A DNA stretch of 63,894 nt, the filler included, from Dirinaria sp. TL-2023a (Eukaryota), in NCBI GenBank assembly GCA_051941275.1. It is 22 parts of 22 records of this genome, joined end to end, with 100 filler letters (N's around TTAATTAATTAA, not from the genome) between each part and the next. Parts side by side here need not be neighbours in the genome. Positions count along the whole stretch, not along the records: positions 11,861 to 14,715 come from JAVEBF010002183.1; positions 14,816 to 17,658 come from JAVEBF010002184.1; positions 17,759 to 20,600 come from JAVEBF010002185.1; positions 20,701 to 23,529 come from JAVEBF010002186.1; positions 23,630 to 26,455 come from JAVEBF010002187.1; 17 more parts are not named here. One strand, given 5' to 3'. Each line of letters begins with the position of its first letter. Position 1 is the first letter of the stretch. This document shows positions 13,026-25,615 of this stretch, piece after piece. Both the position numbers and the translations under genes were made by a program. Under the pieces are notes generated by a model, which saw only the letters and a program-made list of their open reading frames with translations, ran no database searches and was not told the origin of the DNA.

Positions 13026-13294
13026 GGGAAATCGGACGTTCCCGATCTAGCTCGGTGCGTCGCTGGTGCAGAATATCGGGTTGAGTTTCGATGTTGCGCG
13101 CAAATTTGCAATACATCACCAAACCTATATCGTTTCCGTTTCCCGAATGGGTTTTAAATACTTTTTTTTTCGGTGCTGCTGGCCACGACTCCGTTTAATT
13201 TGTAACTCTTTTGCATTGCTACACCTCCTCTTTTACGATCTCTATCTCTGCTGCAAATCGTTCTTGCCTAGAAAGTTCTTCACAAGTCTCACAC

Positions 13295-13954
13295 TCACTG
13301 GACTGCCGTGTGCGTGACACCTTTCGCTGTCCTCACCTCGATCTCCAACCTCAGAACCTCGCTCTTCGGTTTAGGAATAATCACCCCATAAGTCGGCGGA
13401 CCGGGCGGTCCATACGCAACACAATTGCCCCACGCGATGATCGCATTCTGCAGCAAAAGGCGCGTATGCCACGACTCCTCGTGGTCAGGCGCAGTACCAC
13501 CGCGGAAGCGGAAAGTAATGGAACATGTGTCTCCATCGTCGGTGGATGTAGAGATGTTACTCGGGGGTATGAGGCTAAATCTGTGATTTGAGCTGTTGCC
13601 AAAGCCGTCTGAGGAAGTGGAGGAGATAGTGATGGGGACCGCGCCGTATGGTTCAGGAGCGCGGGCAGAGTCCGTGGTGAAAAGAAAAGGCTTATCCCGA
13701 TCGTCTGTCATGGCTTGGATCCCCGTGCGGAAAAGACTGTCGCAGGAATCTGGGTCTCCAGGCTGGAGGTGAGGAGGATATTCCAGACATTCCAGAGCGA
13801 ATCGGGGCGTTCCTGGGAGGACTGTTGCGCCTGATGGGGGAGGCGCTGCTAAGGCATCCAGGAACACGGCAGCGAGGAAGAGCAGCAACAGACTTTGCTG
13901 AAGATGCGTTGCAAAGATGCAGGTCGCTTGCAAACGAAATATAGGGATTGCCAT
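13295..13954 (-). CDS. Putative small secreted protein (4 Cys in mature part)
   Basis: The hydrophobic signal-like segment SLLLLFLAAVFLDALAAPP is followed by a single-exon ORF with spaced cysteines (ECL, SCD, TCS, NCV). Confidence 0.7.
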   Translation of the reverse strand: MAIPIFRLQATCIFATHLQQSLLLLFLAAVFLDALAAPPPSGATVLPGTPRFALECLEYPPHLQPGDPDSCDSLFRTGIQAMTDDRDKPFLFTTDSARAPEPYGAVPITISSTSSDGFGNSSNHRFSLIPPSNISTSTDDGDTCSITFRFRGGTAPDHEESWHTRLLLQNAIIAWGNCVAYGPPGPPTYGVIIPKPKSEVLRLEIEVRTAKGVTHTAVQ

Positions 13955-15329
13955 TTCGGAACGCAGTATTTCTGCGCTTCCTTGGTTCGCTTTCAATTGG
14001 CTTATGTTTCTCAAACAAACGCGGTCTCAATGTTGCATTTCAATGTTACAAATAGTTCATTGAGATTGCCTGTCGCTGGTTCAAGTAACCGCGAAGCAGA
14101 AGCAGTTCTGCAAATTATATGGCTGACGCTTAGCGCATGAAGCGCGTGTCCATATCGCAAGCGACGGAGCAGACGCGTGAAATCTCCAACCCATCTTCAC
14201 TCAGAGTCGTGACGAGCCGCTATTTCCGAGCCAATGATCCTATGACTGCTAAAAACCCTCTGTCCCTGATTTCTAAACTGTATCGTATCAATATTGCCAG
14301 TCAATATCTACAACACCGGCTGGCGATGAGGATCACCTGTACGTGGTGCCGGCTACGAACCTATTGCAATGTCAATAGAGCCAAGTATCCTCCTGTTGAC
14401 GATGAGGGCATAGTGGGAGCAGTGTGTCCTCGTGATGACAACTGTGGCCTGGTCTGCTACACGCGTCTGGACTCGAAATCCGCGTCGTCAACGTCGATTG
14501 TTCTGTGTGATTGACGTTTACGTTGACATGAAGTCAAGAGAGAAGGTAGAAAAGGTTCGACTTGTTTCACGCGGCTCCGCCTTCAGCGACATCGATACTG
14601 TTACTGCCGAGAACATCCTCTTCGATTCGCCATCCTTCATCAGCTACAGTACTATGTTTTATAGACTGCAGCAAGTCCTCCTCGATATTCAACACGTCAC
14701 GAGTACGATTAAGAGNNNNNNNNNNNNNNNNNNNNNNNNNNNNNNNNNNNNNNNNNNNNTTAATTAATTAANNNNNNNNNNNNNNNNNNNNNNNNNNNNN
14801 NNNNNNNNNNNNNNNGTAGATAAGTCTTCGACAAAGCTTTGCAATATCGTCAAATTCTACATCAAGTTTATTCCTCGTATTCAAATGAGGATATATCATG
14901 ATGATCGAAGAAGTTCTTTGATTCAAGTTAGACTCTCATTTGTTGATTTCGTAGACTCGAAATGATCGCTCGTTCTGAATCGATTTAGATCGATTGCATT
15001 TCCACAGCTGCAACGATTAACTCTCTCAGATTGTCGTGACAAGTATAGCGCGAATAAGAAAGATCAACAGATTGAGACACAGGACTTTTTACTCAAAAGA
15101 ACAGATCGCAACTCTATTGAAGACAGCTGAACGACCCGGCGTCACACCTCAAATCTACACACACTCTCGTCGAAAGATAATTCTGCTGAGCGTACGACTG
15201 CATACGAGTAGTACTATATCAACAAGAAAGTCAAGCGAAGTGACTGATACTAGACGCATGTAATGTCTCAATCGTAGAGAGTGAGAAGGACGTTACGATT
15301 TCTACTAGCTGAGAGTCGGGCTTTGGACG

Positions 15330-15700
15330 AGTAAAGAACTACAAGATGACTTTTTGAAATTCTGAAGTGGAAATGATTCTGCCTTATGTGCGAATGCTGT
15401 ACGCAAACCCTTGCTTTGTATCTCAATGTTCTTCTTCATTCTCGATGTGTCGATCATTCATACAATATATCTGAGTTCTCGTTCGAATTGACTACGACTT
15501 GAATCGTCGCTTGATTGTCTACGCATATTATCAGTCTGCTTGCTACTTGGTCTGATCTCGCTGTCAGCGTTAATGCGAGAATGATTTCATAGAGCTCTGC
15601 TGAATATACGCTACAATACTTCGCCGAGCTTAGGCACGTGCTCACTCATCTGAGCACTATCTCAGTTTCTCCGCCTGGAGCTGTTCTATTGGGGGTGCCA
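15330..15700 (-). mobile_element. Degenerate non-LTR retrotransposon (Tad1/I-like) RNase H fragment
   Basis: VYSAELYEIILAL...IICVDNQATIQVV.NS..SD matches the LINE RNase H pattern (AEL.GI..AL / DNQAA), with G->E, P->S and G->D changes. Confidence 0.7.
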
Positions 15701-16619
15701 ATCCTTCAAACCCGATTTAAATAGAAGTTTGCCCCCTCTACACGTAGTATTGAGTATAACTCACGTTTCACGCATCTGTCTCGAGCAATACAGACAGTGT
15801 CTTTCAATCAGCTCATATGAGCTAACGACTGTCCCGATCTCGACCGAAGAAGTGATCGTCAAGGGTTAGCGTTCATGAAAAGAGTGAGATCCTTGAGATT
15901 CGCAGTCGTTGTCATTGTACGCTACGCCTTGCAAGCTGCGTGAAGAGCTTGTTTCACGTTATCTGCAGAGGTCTTCTTTACAATATTGCAGACCGACCGT
16001 GTCTTGCAAAGACGGACGCTCTCATACACTCAGTAACCGCCTTGCTCTTACTATTCAAGCTGTTCTATTCTCTCTAGTTTTAGAGCAATACCACGTCCAC
16101 AGCTATCTTCGCTTCCAGTAGCTGCTTCTGCCTTAGTATGAATGATGTAGAGATTTAGAGATTCCGCCGCTCTCGCTACAGAAGGAGCTCAGAACAGCTG
16201 TGAGTCAGAGAAATTCGATGTGAGAAGGTCGCTCGCTAAAATGAAGTATCTAATCGACTTTACAAGTTGAACTGCGTATGATGCGATGCTGACAAGCAAG
16301 CCATCAATCGAGACTATAAACGGTTTTTGAATGTCAGCCCAAGTCGTAAGTGTCCTAAACTTAGCCTCGTGACCAAGCTGCCGTGAGCGATACGAACTTT
16401 TAGCCGAGTAGCAAGAGACAGCAGACATGATCTTGAATAGCTGAAATTGCTTGAGAGCGATGTGAGAAGATTATGTAGCTCCTCTCTTGGAATGATATGA
16501 ATAGTGAACTTTGTAGATGGTCTGAGTCGATTAGAACTTGAATGAAATTGATCATATCACGTGATATTGAGATTTTGTAGTGCGGAGACGCTACTAATTA
16601 CCCATCTCAGCCGCGCAGA

Positions 16620-16889
16620 CTTCAATTTCCATACAAATTGCACTCAAAAATCGTCGTTTTGTGTTTCATAACTGAGCTCGATTGGACTACAATATCGAAA
16701 AAATTCTGCGTACATCCCCAAACTGCAAGGCAAATGTACCAAAAGGTTTATACACGATTTCAAAAAAGCAATCATTTACGAATATTACTTCAATATTGCG
16801 ATCTTCAAAAAATCGTAAATATCTCTCTTCAAATTGACGCATTATCATTCAAAGCGCTAGCAGAAATATTAACGAAGCCTCATCACTAG
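16620..16889 (+). mobile_element. Possible Tc1/mariner-like transposase N-terminal HTH remnant
   Basis: HSKIVVL...LDWTTISKKFCVHPQTARQMYQK resembles a transposase HTH and lies in AT-rich degenerate DNA. No DDE domain or paired TIRs were found. Confidence 0.3.
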
Positions 16890-19349
16890 AAAGCATCATC
16901 AACGAACTCTTCAGAGCCATCCATGATGAATATATTGACATTAGTTCCACAACATTCGACTAGAAATGCTCGTCGCTCGATCACTAGAGTAGATAGAAAA
17001 TCCATTTTCTTGAGTGCCAGCTATAAGCGTCCAAATTCATTACGACTGTAAGATTGAAGAAATTGCGAATAGCAGCTGAGGATTTAATCGGGTGTTTATC
17101 CATCTTTATTAGCTAGGATATGCAAGGAGCTTCATATCTCCTAACTCATAATTGATCAAAGGAGAAATTTCATCGACATTCACGTTGCTTTGTCCCCTCG
17201 ATAAATATTTATCACGAAGGTCTCCTCCCATATCATTCTGTCTAAGGACCACTGATAGTGTTTTATTCCTAGTGCTCAATCCTAGCTCCCGTTCGATTGT
17301 ATCATCGTATTTTCCGTTACAATATATACAACCTGGATCCTTATCAGCCACCAGTATACACTAATAGCATCTAAAATTACACGGATACGAATATTTATGC
17401 CACAGCCCATCTTGTGGTTGCGACGACACACAACTCATCTCCTCAAGCTTCATCGGGCCATAGCTAGTATGATTTTTCTTGATTATAATGAATCATTCAT
17501 CACTTGTCGTTGTATGACAGCATGCCACATGAGCGCATCGACTCGGAGATATTCTTAAGCCATTTATTCTCCTAAGCGCAATTATATGAATTAGATTGCA
17601 CTATGCTATCATTAAATAATTTTATATACTTACTTGCCCGTGATAGTGTACCTTGGCCNNNNNNNNNNNNNNNNNNNNNNNNNNNNNNNNNNNNNNNNNN
17701 NNTTAATTAATTAANNNNNNNNNNNNNNNNNNNNNNNNNNNNNNNNNNNNNNNNNNNNACCCCCACTCATCCCACACATTACCTTGTGGTGGTTGATGCA
17801 GATGCAGCTGGTTTGAAAATGCGTGGCGTGGAAAATTTGATAGATGAAAGAGTCAGTCGACTAGTCACTGGTAGTTAGAGAAAACTACATTTGCTCAACA
17901 TTCATCTCATTGCATGCTCGAAAGTGAAATCGTGTAACATGTGTGACGGTCGAGTAAGATCACCATTGCCACTGAGATGCAGAGACTCGCCTGCTCGTAT
18001 ACTACCTATCGAGCCAGCTAAGCCAAGCTGCTCCAGCCTATTCCCAATAATCCTATGTAGGCCCAGAAGTGATAGTTACAGTAGCCCCTCCAATCATCTA
18101 TATCCAAATCCCTAGAACTCACCCGGCCCTAACACCATGCTCTCCCACCCGCATATAGAACATAGTCCCCATAGATCCAGAGATCGCGTTACTGTTCGCT
18201 AGAGTCGAGTCAATCCTGGCAGAAACTTTGATATATCAGCAACATCTTGACTGGTTTGAAATTGCGATACTGATGCTATGCAACAGTGACGGACGGAGAA
18301 GATGTCGCTTTGGCGTGGGGGGAACCAATGTTATTTAATGTAGGAGGAGAAAACATGCCTGACAAGACACAGCCGGAGGGAATGTACTTCGCGCCCTGCT
18401 TGCCAAGATTGAGGATGCTGCAAGCAGAGGAGATATAAAATCGGGGGTTACTTGGATATTGTTTTCGGGTTCATGATGTTTGGGAGATTCAAGAATCTGC
18501 TTGCGCTCTCTGCTTGCGGGTGTTAGAACGCGATCCTCGCTTGGAAGAAGCGGAGACGTTGCAGACATAATGTACATGTAGGTAAGGAATCTTCGTGGAA
18601 GGCATAGGGTTTTCTGGTCCTTTTGAGGGGCGGCTTTTATGTTGATGACTTTGTCATGCGGGTATTTTATCGAGAGATGGGACTCACCCCTAGAGACGGG
18701 GATGATTGTTTCTGTTGCTCAACCTTTTGGTAGAGCTATTGATGATGGCTTGATAGCATGGTCGCTGGATTAGGATCGATCTGGGTCAATGTTGATTAGC
18801 TGGCTGACTTGGAACTCTCTCAGAAGTGGGACGTACAGCGAGTTCTTTTGCCATGCAGTGAAGGAATAATCAAAGAACGGATTGGATAACAGGAGTTTCT
18901 ATCTGGTCAATCTGGATACAGCGATGACCACGTCTTTCAGACACATAACTACGGTGATCACTTGGCGTTAAGTCTACCGCTCCACTGTGTTGCCATATTG
19001 TCCTCTGCTTTCTCACTCTTCTCTGTGTCACTTGTAGCAGTGCCCGTGAGATACCAAGCGACTGAAGAAACCGATCTGTTCGCTCTGGAAGTGGTCAACA
19101 ACTCGGCTCTGCTAATACATAGCTTGAGAACAAGGGACGAGAACATCAAGTCAAGGGCGTACGACAGGCTAGAAGATACGGCACAGTGGAGCTGGCTGGG
19201 TAGAATGGGCCGAGTTAGAGCAGGAGACCATTTGCCATACAACTTTAGAAGTAGTGAACTAAGAGGATTCCTCGCGTCCAGGAAAGTCGAATGTGGGCCC
19301 AGGGATACCATTTTCATGAGCTGCAAAGTAATTTTGGCTTGATAATCTT

Positions 19350-20078
19350 TCAGCGTTCAAGATCCAACCATGCCTCTACAATAGATACAATCTCCGTCCA
19401 CTCTCTCATGGCACCGTCACCAGCGTCACCACACGCTAGGGTCTTCTCAACAGGCTTAAGGACTTCAATCCAACCCTCTATTGTACTTACCAGGCCCCAC
19501 TCTTCTTCCAGGATCTTGATTTGCTTCTTTGTGATTGGATGCCTCCACATAGCTGTGTTCATGGCAGGAGCGACAATAATAGTTTTTATTTTTCCATGCC
19601 CATCGATCTCGCCGGTAGTATCCCAAGCTCTTACTACAGAGAGTAAAAGGTTGTCGGCTATGCCTGCGGTCATCTTCGCCATTGTATTGGCTGACAACGG
19701 TGCTATGACCAACAGATGGGCCCATCTCCGTAGCTCGATATGCAGGATACCACCGCCACGCACCCAAGGAGTGCTCCATTCGTCCTCGTCTTGATGAATA
19801 CCGTCAACATTGTCAAGCTTTAGGAGGGACTCTAAGGGAGGCTGCTCCTTGCTTTGGGCTTTAAGGAATTTCGCGGCTGATTTGGTGACGATAATTCGGA
19901 TAGACAGATTTGCGTGTTTTGAGAGCGCGGCGACAGTAGCCGGCAGTTTGATTGTAGCTACGCTACCGCTTGCTGCAAGAAGGAGGTGCTTCTTTCCGTC
20001 ATTGGCATAATCTGCCGCCACCAAAGGCGTGGAAGTGCTCGAAGGGTATCTCGATGAGGGCAATCCATTGGCGGCCAT
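19350..20078 (-). CDS. Phosphopantothenoylcysteine decarboxylase (HAL3/PPCDC-type flavoprotein)
   Basis: LLLAASGSVATIK, LHIELRRWA (catalytic His), APLSANTMAK, PAMN, LACGD (catalytic Cys). The likely start is MAANG at 20078. Confidence 0.92.
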   Translation of the reverse strand: MAANGLPSSRYPSSTSTPLVAADYANDGKKHLLLAASGSVATIKLPATVAALSKHANLSIRIIVTKSAAKFLKAQSKEQPPLESLLKLDNVDGIHQDEDEWSTPWVRGGGILHIELRRWAHLLVIAPLSANTMAKMTAGIADNLLLSVVRAWDTTGEIDGHGKIKTIIVAPAMNTAMWRHPITKKQIKILEEEWGLVSTIEGWIEVLKPVEKTLACGDAGDGAMREWTEIVSIVEAWLDLER

Positions 20079-20701
20079 GGTCCAGTATTGGAGCTCTTGT
20101 GGGATATCAATGCACACATGATGATCCGAGATGTCCTTGCAGAGGTTTGAGGCTGAAAGGCATCAAAAGCCTTGCGGTTCGCATTCCGGTTCGCATCGCA
20201 GTTCGCAGAAAATTTCTAGAGTGACTCAGTGGGTATTAGCAATCCATAACTCCTGATCCATTTGCTAAAGGCAAGTCGAAGCGACCGAGTCCGCAAGTCT
20301 GGGATCGACGTCATCTTCGATGTTTTGCCATACGGTTCCTTACCACAGTTAAGGTAATCTTCCAATCTGCACTTGGATCTTTCCATCAATATGCTTTCAA
20401 GAAGTCTACTTCCGCCGGTAAGCTCTCATATATAGTCTATATCGAAATCTCCGCTGAGACACTCCAGCTTTACCGACAAGTAAACAGGCCGGCAGGGCCA
20501 GTGGCGGCAGCTTTCGCGAAACCTCACGTCTTCCGGCCAAGGCTTTCACAATTAAGACTTATATCGACTGAAACGCGCGCAGCTATTGACCAAGCTGTAA
20601 NNNNNNNNNNNNNNNNNNNNNNNNNNNNNNNNNNNNNNNNNNNNTTAATTAATTAANNNNNNNNNNNNNNNNNNNNNNNNNNNNNNNNNNNNNNNNNNNN
20701 A

Positions 20702-23529
20702 CACACCCTAGACGCGGTCGCGGCGCATTGGATATCGCTTTATGAAGACGACAACGCCAACGCCATGTGCGACCTGATCAATTTCGTTTTGAGATGCACT
20801 GGATGCCCTCTAAAGATCAACGTGCACGATATCGAGGATCCTGACAACGCGCCCAGCAAGCTCGAGGATTTACAGAACGAATTTCACGCGCAGAACATTA
20901 CGACTTATCCGTTGATTTCTAAGGCAAAGGCAGATGTCACGTTCAAATCTACCATGACTGGCTTCTTCCAGATCCTTATCCGTAACGCCCATGCTTCGGA
21001 CCTGCTCTACAGAGACTCCCTCTTCTTTGAAAACCTTGAAACCTGGGTTTCAGCAATGTCGGACTCGGCCATTAGACCTTTTCGACATACTGCCACCGTC
21101 ATTGCTCTAAGCATGGGCGGCCAAATCTGCGGTGTGATTGCCGCTATCGCAGAAGACACGGCGAAGATCACGAGACAGAAAGAATCAGAACAGAGGAAGA
21201 AAACGGTCAATAAAGAGAGGGTCAAGGGTTTGGAACTCAAAGTTCGGGAAGGGGACCGAAAGCGGGATGCTGTACAAAGGCTCGCCGAAGGTATCTTCGA
21301 TGCCGTATACGCTCACCGCTACCGTGATGTAGACCCAAAAATTCGCGTGGACTGTGTTAGTGCGTTCGGAACGTGGATCACCGCGTGCCCCGAGGTCTTC
21401 TTCTCTGGCCAGTATATTCGCTATCTTGGCTGGGTTCTCTCCGATACTGCTGCGGCGACACGCGCTGAGACCATCAAGCAGCTGTCAAGACTTTATAAAA
21501 ACAAGGAGGACGTCGGTCGACTACGGGCATTCACGGAGAGGTTTCGGCCCCGTCTGGTCGAGATGGCCATTCGAGATGCCGAACCGAGTATTCGAGCCGC
21601 CACCGTGGATCTTCTTGGAATGATTCGAGGCAGCGGTCTGCTTGAGCCGGACGACATCGATAATATTGGCCGCCTTATTTTCGACAGCGAGCTCCGCGTA
21701 CGCAAGGCCGTTGCAGGCTTCTTTGCCGAGAATATCCAGGATCTGTATGAATCTGTAATAGATGACCTCGGAGGAGACGAAGAGCTCAACGAAATTCTCG
21801 GAGAAGAGAATGAAGAGGACTTTGACTTGCCACGCAAGTCATGGCTAATGTTTAAGTGCTTGGCTGAGTCGCTGCAAGGATACGACGCTGAAGAGGACGG
21901 GACGCCCAACGATACACATATCCTGACCGCAAGTGGCGAGGAATCGAGATCCGCTCTGGCTGCCCAAGCCGTGTGCGACGGTGTCAAGGAGCTCGAAAAG
22001 TGGGAAGTTCTAGCCGGCTATCTGCTGTATGATCTTTCCAACGTCAATATGCCTTCGACGGATCCTGAAGCGGCATTCAAAGAGCGTTGCCAATTGAGCG
22101 AACGCGAGAATGTCCTTCTGCTCGAGGTCCTTCATGTAGCCACCAAGTCTACGCTGCTAGGAGCTATTCACTCCGAGGTCGACAGTAAAGGGAAGTCGAC
22201 CAAAGCACGCAAAGAGAGATCCCGGGAAGTACAAGAGTCAACAGCCCTCCATCTGGCAGGCGTCATTCCTCGCCTGCTGAAAAAGTTCGGTGGTAACCCT
22301 GCAACAGCGACAGCAGTCCTGCGGCTCGGGCAAGTGCTGGATCTGGAGATTTTCCAAGAGTTACGCCAAGACTCCACCACATATGCTTCGCTTCTGGACG
22401 ACATCAACAAGCAATTCCTGACGCACGTGGACCAGGGCGTTCTCACAGAAGCCAGCACCGCGCTCCTCCACGCTCGCAGCTTCGAAGACCTCGAAGAGGT
22501 GACGGAGGGCAAGGTGAACGAGCTGTGGGAAGACACCGTGAGCAGCCTGCGCGGTATCCAGGGCGACTTCGAGGAAAACCTTCCCGAGCTCTATAAATGC
22601 GTCCGACGGATCCAGCACCTTGCCCGGATATCCGATTGCGCGGCTCAATTCGAGTCGCAACCGCGAGCTACGAAGAAAAACCCCAGCACAGAGAACCTCC
22701 TCAATACGCTGCAGAACCTCATCCGACAGTGCACCGACCAGAGCAGTATGGACGCTGAATCGATCGAGGCAGCCGATCAACTGATCCAGAGCGCCACCCA
22801 AGCCATCCTCTTCTACTACATGTGGCTGGTCCGCTCCCTCCGCGCCGCATACGAGGAAGGAGCGAAGAAACAACCCCCCACCCTCCCCTCCTTCGACCCT
22901 TTCTCCCACACCCTCCTGTCAACAATGGAAAACCGCTCGCTATCAGACTCCGCCCGCTTCGCCGCCGCAGGCACCTACCTCGATCTGCACACCCTCTTCG
23001 CCACCTTCCGCCACCTCCCTCCTTCCCATCAACAATCTCAAATCAATATCCAACAGATCCCTCCCTCCGTCCACCCGCTCCTCACGCGCATCTTCACCAC
23101 GGCCGAAAAATCCTTCGCCAAGAAATCGCATCGCGCGCTCGAATCAGACGATACTCCCGACGAAGAAAATAACTCGATCGAGGAACCTCCCTCCGACGAC
23201 GACGACGAAGACGAAGAAGAAGCGGACACAAAAACCCAAAAATCAATCCTCCTGTCCGAAAAATCCCTCTGCGAACTCACGGGCAAACTGGTGCTCGCCA
23301 TCTTAGCCCGCGTGCTCGACACCCATACAGAGGGGCTATTGAAAGCGCGGCTGCAGCGCAATAAAACCCGGCTCGGCGCGAATTATAAGGAGGTCGTCAA
23401 ACATTTGGATCCTCCCCCCCCTTCCTCTTCTACTACTAAAATGAAACGGAAGCCGGTGGACAAGAGGAAGGAGGTGCTGCAGCGGGTTGAAAGTATTGAG
23501 GATGAAGATGAGGAGGGGGAGGGGAGGGG
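20702..23529 (+). CDS. SCC3: Cohesin subunit Scc3/STAG (Psc3/Irr1), partial at both ends
   Basis: STAG motifs RPFRHTAT, HRYRDVDPKIRVDC, YIRYLGWVLSD and FTERFRPRLVEMA. The frame is open across the whole contig. Confidence 0.95.
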
Positions 23530-23803
23530 NNNNNNNNNNNNNNNNNNNNNNNNNNNNNNNNNNNNNNNNNNNNTTAATTAATTAANNNNNNNNNNNNNNN
23601 NNNNNNNNNNNNNNNNNNNNNNNNNNNNNGGGCCAAGCGAGGGGGAGATGTATGTGTTTGTGTGTGTGGGGAGGCAGGGAACATGGGGGGAAGGAGGGTT
23701 AGTTGGGCGCTTTTTTTGCATAGCGAAGGTGTTGGGCGGTTTGGGAAATTTTATTTTCTTGCATGGTAAATGGTGATGGTATGGTATGGTATGGTCTTGC
23801 GGT

Positions 23804-25360
23804 TTATCTAGCATCTACTCTCCTCCGCTTGTCGGAGCGGTAGCGGTCGTCATACGGAGATGGACTACGTTTCCGCCTGCTTCGATCGTCTCGGTCCCGA
23901 TACCTGTCTCTTCGCGGTGACGGTGATTTCGATCGCGAGTAGGAGGAGCGCGAATACGAGCGTCTCCTGCGAGGGCTGCGATGGCTTCTATCATCTCGAT
24001 AGCGATCTCGGTCGTTGTCGTCGTCTCGATCACCTCGCCTGCTTCGATCCGGAACGTAACTGTCTCCTCGAGCTCGATCTCTATCGTCTTTTATCCTCCG
24101 CTCGCCGTCGCCTCCCCCCCGAAAACCTCTGGGACCTTCAGCAGGAGCTCCGTCGGGCAATTTCCGCCTCTCCCCGACTGGCATGGTGTTCGCTCCCGAA
24201 ACTCCCGGTCCCTTCCCTCGTCCATCGCTGTCAGGCATGAACCTCTCATCTGTCGTCCTCCCGTCACGGTTCCGTGGTGCTGCTCCTCCTCGGCCGTCGA
24301 ACTGTCCCCATCGGCCCGTATCTTCGGTCTTCAGGTCTTTGTATTTCGTCCTGCCTTTCCGGCCCAGCTTCGTCATATCCCTGATCTGCATGTACTGCGG
24401 CAGCAGCTCGCGGTTGGACACATCGTCTTGGTATCGGCTGCCCATGATGTCTCGTCGATCCAGCCCTTCGGCTTTGGCGTCGTCCTGGAAGAAAGCCCCC
24501 CTGTGGAAATATTTTTGCATGTAGCCCATCTTGCCTTTGCCTTCCCTTTCCTCCTTCTGTCGCTCCAGGTGCTCGGCGTCTTCGGCTTCCCGTTCTTCTT
24601 TGCTGAGGTGCCGCCGCCGCTCGATCTCCTCGCGCTCTTTCTCCGCGACTTCGATCGCCTCCCGAGCACGTTTGATGCGCTTCAGCTCGCGGAGCTTCCA
24701 TTCTGCGCGCTCGATTTCTGGGTCCAGACCATCTGTGTCATCGACCTGGCCAGCTTCCTCGTCTTCATCGTCATCCCAGTATTTTTTGCCTGCCGCTTTC
24801 GCAGCCGCGTTCTTCTCCAATTGTTCTTGCACCAGCGCATCTGCTTTTTGTTTCCGGCGAGTTTCCTCTGCTGCCCAATCTTCCTCTTCCACGTTCGTGG
24901 TCGCTGCGTCGTTGGTTTCTTGCCGCTGGCCCTTTTTTATGAATGTTGGTCGTAGCAGTTTCTTGGGAGCTTCGTCCTCGCTGCTGCTCTCTTCACCACC
25001 GCTTTCCTCTTCATCTTCCTCACTCCCTGCTTCTTCCTCCTCGCTCTCCTCAGTTTCGAATTCTTCCTCTTCTTTTGCGCGCGCAGCTCGCTCGGCTTCT
25101 TGCCGTAAAGCCTCTTCGGCGGCAGCTTGCTTTCGCCGCTCATTGAGGTCGACTTTTTGGAGATTGCTGGCTATACGGGCGGCATCGGAGGGAAATGAGG
25201 TTGCTTTTGGTGGTGCAGCTTTGGGCACTGGTGCACTCTGCTCCGCTTCTTCATCTTCTGAATCGTCTTCCTCAGATGAGGAGGGATCTTCAGCAACAGG
25301 CTTTCCTGGACGGTAGCGGGCAGGCTTGACCGGGTTCGCGGTCATACGTTTGGAGGCCAT
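23804..25360 (-). CDS. MFAP1: MFAP1 / Spp381-like spliceosomal B-complex protein with RS/RD-rich tail
   Basis: RYRPGK N-terminus, DDTDGLDPE.E..EWKLRELKRIKR, MQKYFHRGAFFQD, GRKGRTKYKDL..EDT. Confidence 0.93.
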   Translation of the reverse strand: MASKRMTANPVKPARYRPGKPVAEDPSSSEEDDSEDEEAEQSAPVPKAAPPKATSFPSDAARIASNLQKVDLNERRKQAAAEEALRQEAERAARAKEEEEFETEESEEEEAGSEEDEEESGGEESSSEDEAPKKLLRPTFIKKGQRQETNDAATTNVEEEDWAAEETRRKQKADALVQEQLEKNAAAKAAGKKYWDDDEDEEAGQVDDTDGLDPEIERAEWKLRELKRIKRAREAIEVAEKEREEIERRRHLSKEEREAEDAEHLERQKEEREGKGKMGYMQKYFHRGAFFQDDAKAEGLDRRDIMGSRYQDDVSNRELLPQYMQIRDMTKLGRKGRTKYKDLKTEDTGRWGQFDGRGGAAPRNRDGRTTDERFMPDSDGRGKGPGVSGANTMPVGERRKLPDGAPAEGPRGFRGGGDGERRIKDDRDRARGDSYVPDRSRRGDRDDDNDRDRYRDDRSHRSPRRRRSYSRSSYSRSKSPSPRRDRYRDRDDRSRRKRSPSPYDDRYRSDKRRRVDAR

Positions 25361-25615
25361 TTTGAGAATCGCACAAGAATAGAGAATGTATGAAAAAAGC
25401 AGGAAGATTTGATTACCTAGGTCCACAGCAATGTTTTGTGCATCATGGAGGTATTGAAATCACTGTTATTGGGATTCTGCCCGCCAAGGTGGGAGTAAAA
25501 GGCTGGAGCCAAAGTTCCTTAGCGCGATCACACTTTCACGCTTCGCTACCCGGCGTCCCTCCCCAAGCTACTTAAACCCTCACTCCCCCCCTTTCAATAT
25601 TCTTTTTTCTTCTTC

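Noticed and set aside
17625..17652. TIR-like end (TACACTATCACGGGCAAG on the minus strand)
   Set aside because: There is no partner inverted copy within the contig.
23860..25316. Long plus-strand ORFs (324 aa, 261 aa) and similar overlapping ORFs at SCC3, GH20 and the WW gene
   Set aside because: They are antisense or off-frame shadows of well-supported GC-rich genes.
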